Below, piece after piece: positions 60,064 through 64,000 of a stretch of 64,000 nucleotides of DNA. Numbering within the stretch: position 1 is the first letter of the stretch; every line of letters starts with the position of its first letter. The notes under the pieces are model-generated. The model did no database searches and had not been told where the DNA came from. It saw only the letters and a list, made by a program, of their open reading frames with translations. A program made the translations under genes and the position numbers. This DNA comes from an uncultured Chloroflexia bacterium. GTDB lineage: Bacteria; Chloroflexota; Limnocylindria; QHBO01. The stretch covers positions 1 through 64,000 of the forward strand of contig CAWGTN010000004.1 in the NCBI GenBank assembly GCA_963825525.1, given 5' to 3'.

Positions 60064-61145
60064 AACGGGATCGGCTGGCCGAGCTCGCCGCCGCGCACGG
60101 GCTCGAGCTGGTCGGTGTGACGAGCGCCGAACCGCTGCCCGAGGATCGGCGACGGATGGACGAGAGCGTCGCCGCCGGAAGGATGGGCCGCATGGGCTGG
60201 ATGGGCGGCGAACGTCCCGCGCTGGCCACGGACCCGCGGGCTCTCGAGCCATCGGCTCGATCGGTGGTGGTCGTGGCGGCGCCGTACGCCGGCCGAGACC
60301 GGGAGGCGTGGGATCCGGCGCCTGACGCGCTGCGCATCGCGCTGGCACCCGTGCTGGCCGGTCAACCGGCAGGCCCACGTGGCCGTATCGCGCGGTACGC
60401 GATGGGAACCGACTATCACGCGGCCCTTCGGCTCCGACTCGAAGCCCTGGCGGCGGACCTGCGTGAGGCGGGCGTCGCCGGCGGGGAGGTGGCGTACGTG
60501 GACGATCGGCCGCTGGCGGAGCGCGGGCTGGCGGCCCGGGCGGGGATCGGATGGATCGGCAAGAACACGAACCTGCTCACGCACCAGCGCGCGGGGTCAT
60601 GGGTCTTCCTCGGAGCATTGCTCACGAGCGCGGAGCTGCCGGCGGATGCGCCGATCCGGACGAACTGTGGAGGATGCACGCGCTGCCTGACCGGCTGCCC
60701 AACCGGCGCGCTGGTTGCCCCGCAGACGATCGACGCGCGGCGCTGCATCAGCTACCTGACGATCGAGCATCCTGGTGTTCTGGAGGCCTGGGAGGCCGCC
60801 GCGCTCGGTGACTGGATCTTCGGCTGCGATGTGTGCCAGGAGGTCTGCCCGGTCAACGCCGATGCCGACGACTCCGGCCCGCTCGAGGTGCCGCTGCTGC
60901 CGCTGATCGAATGGCTGCTGCCGATGGGCTCGCGTGCCTTTGGTCGGGCGCTCGGGGCAACCGCGCTCACGCGCGCCGGGCGGCATCGGCTGCTGCGGAA
61001 CGCGGTTGCGGCGCTCGGGAACGTGGGGAAGGCGGGGGATGCAGCGGAGATGCCGGCCGGAGGGGTTGAGCTGCTGGAGCGCGCCTCGAGGGATCGCCGA
61101 GCCGAGGTCAGGGGCCAAGCCGCGCAGGTCCTCCGGGGGTTGTGA
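60060..61145 (+). CDS. queG: Epoxyqueuosine reductase
   Basis: IARYA.G.DYH, GIGWIGKN, GSWVFLG, CGGCTRCLTGCPTGA, CISYLTIE, GCDVCQEVCP. Confidence 0.93.
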   Translation: MKRDRLAELAAAHGLELVGVTSAEPLPEDRRRMDESVAAGRMGRMGWMGGERPALATDPRALEPSARSVVVVAAPYAGRDREAWDPAPDALRIALAPVLAGQPAGPRGRIARYAMGTDYHAALRLRLEALAADLREAGVAGGEVAYVDDRPLAERGLAARAGIGWIGKNTNLLTHQRAGSWVFLGALLTSAELPADAPIRTNCGGCTRCLTGCPTGALVAPQTIDARRCISYLTIEHPGVLEAWEAAALGDWIFGCDVCQEVCPVNADADDSGPLEVPLLPLIEWLLPMGSRAFGRALGATALTRAGRHRLLRNAVAALGNVGKAGDAAEMPAGGVELLERASRDRRAEVRGQAAQVLRGL

Positions 61146-61198
61146 GGGCGGTGCGCCGAAATATCGGCACTGCGTGAGTGCCGCTATCCTTGCCACCC

Positions 61199-62543
61199 AT
61201 GCCCCGAATCTCGCCGTTCCGCGGCCTTCACTACTCCCTGGCGCGGTTCGGTGAAGGTCAGCCGCCGGCCCGTGTGGCCCTGGCCGATGACGCCGACGCC
61301 GCCCCCACGCGCGTCGCCGACCTGACGGATCTCGCCTGCCCGCCATACGACGTCATCAGCGACGCTCGGCGTACCGAGCTCCTCGCCCGTCACCCGCGGA
61401 ACGCCGTCAGGCTCGAGTACAGCGCGGAGGCCGATCCGCACGCGGCGGCATCGGCGGCGCTGGCCGCTTGGATCGAGGATGGGACGCTCGAGCGGCGCGA
61501 CGGAGCCCGCCGCGTATTACTACCGCCACGGGACGGCATCGGCTCCGGACGAGACGATCGTGGAAGGAATCGTGGTCCGGGTGCTGCTCGAGCCGTGGGG
61601 CGACGGGATCCGTCCGCACGAGCACACGATGCCCGGCCCGAAGGCGGATCGGCTGGCCCTGCTCGAGGCGACGCACACCCAGCTGAGCCCCATCCTGTCG
61701 GTCTATTTCGATCGATCGGAGCGGCATCGGCACATCATGAGCCGCGCCTGGACCGATGAGTGGCGCGCCCGCGATGACGACGGGCTCATCCACCAGCTGG
61801 TCGCCATCGAAGCCGATGATCGGCTGCTCAGCCACCTCGGGCGGCAGACGCTGTTCATCGCCGATGGCCACCACCGCTATGAGACCGCCCTCGCGTACCA
61901 GGCGTTGGTGCGCCGCGATCCGCGGTTCAGCGGTGCAGCGCCCGGGGCTCTCGGCGCCGACTGGATCATGATGATGCTGGTCAACGCCGAGGCAACCGAG
62001 CTCGAGATCCGGCCCACCCATCGGGTCCTCCGCCATGCCGATGCCGATGCGCTGCGCACGCTGGTCGATGGCAACGACGTGCTCTTCTCGAGCATCCCGG
62101 TCGCGCCGGACGCGCTGGCCGACATGCTCGACGAGCGGCGCCATGCCGAGGAGCCGACCTTCGGCCTGATCCTGCCCGATGGCGAGGGCTACCTGCTGGT
62201 CGGGGACCCGGATGGGATCGCCGACCGCCTGCGGCGCGAGCGCATGAGCAGCGCGGTTCGGGCGCTGGACCTTGCGGCGCTGCACGTGGCGCTGCTGGAC
62301 GATCGGCTGGGCATCACCGCGGTCGATGTCGCCGAGGGCACGAGCCTCACCTACACTAGGGACGAGGCCGACGCGCGGGAGCGCGTGGCGAGCGGCGACG
62401 CGGCTGCCGCGATCCTCGTTCGCCCGACGCGGATGGACCAGCTGGCCGATGTCGCCGCGGCGGGGGACGTGATGCCCCAGAAGTCGACGTATTTCTATCC
62501 CAAGCTGCTGACCGGCATGGTCTTCAACCCCCTGGAGGACTGA
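61199..62543 (+). CDS. DUF1015 family protein (frameshift near 61500)
   Basis: PFRG..Y, PPYDVI, RPHEHT, IADGHHRYETA, MPQKSTYFYPK. Confidence 0.88.
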
Positions 62544-62553
62544 CAAGCCACCC

Positions 62554-63426
62554 ATGGTGCAGGCGATCAAGCGCGACGAGGTCTTCATCGAGCCCGAGGG
62601 CATCCACGTCGAGACTCACCAGCCCGAACGGCGCAGCCGCAAGCCCCCGCTGCTCCTCGTACACGGCGCGCTCACCGGCTCGTGGCTGTGGACCGAGATC
62701 GCGGCGTTCCTGGCCGAGCGAGGCTGGGAGGCGCACGCCGTCAACCTGCGCGGGCACTTCACCTCCGATACCGCGGAGCTCGACGACACCACGATGCGCG
62801 ACTATGCCGATGACATCGGCGTGGCGCTGCGGCAGATCGGGCGCCCGACGGTGGTCATCGGCTGGGGGATCGGCGCGCTGGCGGCGATGATGTACGCCGA
62901 ACGACACCCGGTGCTCGGACTCGTCTTGCTGGCCCCGTCGCCGCCGGCCGCGGCGCTGCCGCGACGCCCGGAGGAGCACGAGCTGCGCGCCGTCCCGGCC
63001 ATCTACGACGCCGCCTGGTGGGGCTGGACCGGGTCGCGCGACGAGCTGCGCGAGCGGATGCCCGACATGGAGGACGACGAGATCGAGAAGATGAGCGAGC
63101 TGCTCATCGGCGCCAAGGAGTCCGGCCGCGCGCGGCGCGAGCGGATGAACGGCGTGCCGATCGACGCCTCACGCTTCGCCGATATCCCGAGCCTGGTCAT
63201 CGGCGCAGGCTTGGACGAGGTGATTCATCCGAACGAGGCACGCCACACGGCGGATCTCATCGGCGCGAGCTACGAATACTTTCCTTCGGCCAGTCACTTC
63301 GGCCTCGCGATGGGTGCGCGTACGTGGCCCGAGGTCGCGCAGAGCGTGCTCGGCTGGCTCGAGGAGCATCGGCACGCCATGGCCGGCGCGGCCGGTGCGG
63401 GATCGCCGGTGGGTGCGCGTCGCTAG
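62554..63426 (+). CDS. Alpha/beta hydrolase fold protein with Gly at the nucleophile position
   Basis: LVHG, LRGH, IGWGIG elbow, LDEVI, SHFG. Confidence 0.85.
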   Translation: MVQAIKRDEVFIEPEGIHVETHQPERRSRKPPLLLVHGALTGSWLWTEIAAFLAERGWEAHAVNLRGHFTSDTAELDDTTMRDYADDIGVALRQIGRPTVVIGWGIGALAAMMYAERHPVLGLVLLAPSPPAAALPRRPEEHELRAVPAIYDAAWWGWTGSRDELRERMPDMEDDEIEKMSELLIGAKESGRARRERMNGVPIDASRFADIPSLVIGAGLDEVIHPNEARHTADLIGASYEYFPSASHFGLAMGARTWPEVAQSVLGWLEEHRHAMAGAAGAGSPVGARR

Positions 63427-63438
63427 GCCCGTCCGAGG

Positions 63439-63828
63439 TCAGCCCGCCTCGGTCATCCACTGCACGAGCTGGATGACGACGCCGTTGGGATCGGTGACCT
63501 GGAAGTAGCGCTCGCCCCACGGCTCGGTCTCGAGCGGCGTGGTGAACGCCACCCCTGCGCTGGCCAGCCGATCCGCCTCGGCGTCCACGTCGTCGACCAC
63601 GAACACGAGCAGCAGTCCATCGGCATGATGACCGGCCATGCTGGCCGGCTTGAAGGTGGCGAGGCCCGTGCGAAGGTAGATGATGTTGAATCCGGCGTCC
63701 GGGCGGCTGAGCGAGACGAAGCCATCGGCGCTCATCTCCTCGGCGTATCCGAAGTGGTCGCGCAGAAATGCGGCCGACGCCTGTTCGTCGGCGACGTTGA
63801 GGCTCACGGCCGAGGAGGTGATCTTCAT
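63439..63828 (-). CDS. VOC/glyoxalase family protein
   Basis: EPWGERYFQVTDPNGVVIQL; TAGCAT 6 nt before ATG. Confidence 0.9.
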   Translation of the reverse strand: MKITSSAVSLNVADEQASAAFLRDHFGYAEEMSADGFVSLSRPDAGFNIIYLRTGLATFKPASMAGHHADGLLLVFVVDDVDAEADRLASAGVAFTTPLETEPWGERYFQVTDPNGVVIQLVQWMTEAG

Positions 63829-63858
63829 CGGCGGATGCTAGCGTCCCCGGTCGGTCGT

Positions 63859-63888
63859 TTGCATCGGCTCGAAGGCTCTTGGTAGACT
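63859..63888 (+). promoter_or_regulatory. Sigma70 promoter of tRNA gene
   Basis: TTGCAT-18 bp-TAGACT with extended TG. Confidence 0.6.
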
Positions 63889-63912
63889 CGGGTTACGACC
63901 TCGACCGACCAT

Positions 63913-63989
63913 GCCGCATTCGTCTAGAGGCCCAGGACACCGCCCTCTCAAGGCGGAGATCACCGGTTCGAATCCGGTATGCGGTACCA
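63913..63989 (+). tRNA. tRNA-Glu (anticodon CTC), encoded CCA
   Basis: Acceptor GCCGCAT/ATGCGGT, anticodon arm CCGCC-CTCTCAA-GGCGG, T arm ACCGG-TTCGAAT-CCGGT, ACCA end. Confidence 0.97.
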
Positions 63990-64000
63990 AGTCTCATCAA

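Noticed and set aside
61148-61173. Hairpins after queG and after uvrA (7314-7336) as intrinsic terminators
   Set aside because: Stems are present but have no U-tracts, and such stems are common at this GC content; not enough support.
63913-64000. tRNA-Glu as an integration site of a mobile element
   Set aside because: Window ends 11 nt after the tRNA; no integrase or duplicated tRNA 3' end visible.

Overview
High-GC (~70%) bacterial chromosomal segment. The gene content and style suggest an uncultured Chloroflexota lineage such as Limnocylindria/Ellin6529 (inference only). About a dozen genes carry single-base frameshifts typical of an unpolished long-read assembly. No IS, prophage, CRISPR or rRNA was seen. 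Contents: a tandem pair of dynamin-like GTPases; DUF1801 plus a class II UvrA; a membrane bactofilin-like protein; UvrD2; an RhlE-like DEAD helicase; DUF4395-thioredoxin; a MerR regulator; a VWA protein; an LLM oxidoreductase; DppA; a polyamine ABC/catabolism cluster (potA-D-B-C, MerR-XRE-cupin regulator, class III aminotransferase, receiver protein, GcvT-like protein, phytoene-dehydrogenase-like oxidoreductase); acyl-CoA dehydrogenase; acetoacetyl-CoA synthetase; a CADD-like di-iron protein; two paralogous FG-GAP surface proteins; an 8-gene MoxR/VWA/ABC envelope operon; a sensor kinase; queG; DUF1015; and tRNA-Glu(CTC). Most interesting unannotated signals: (1) a Cys-rich near-leaderless uORF with alternative RNA pairings ahead of DUF4395-Trx, a candidate cysteine attenuator; (2) a shared DYRGLPW-TM-RxPR-EE[IV]D C-terminal tag on two surface proteins; (3) a repeated ECF-type promoter, GCAACT-N16-CGTCT, in front of the MoxR operon and a small basic ORF; (4) a 19-bp-spacer promoter plus palindromic operator for the polyamine operon; (5) pervasive leaderless gene architecture.
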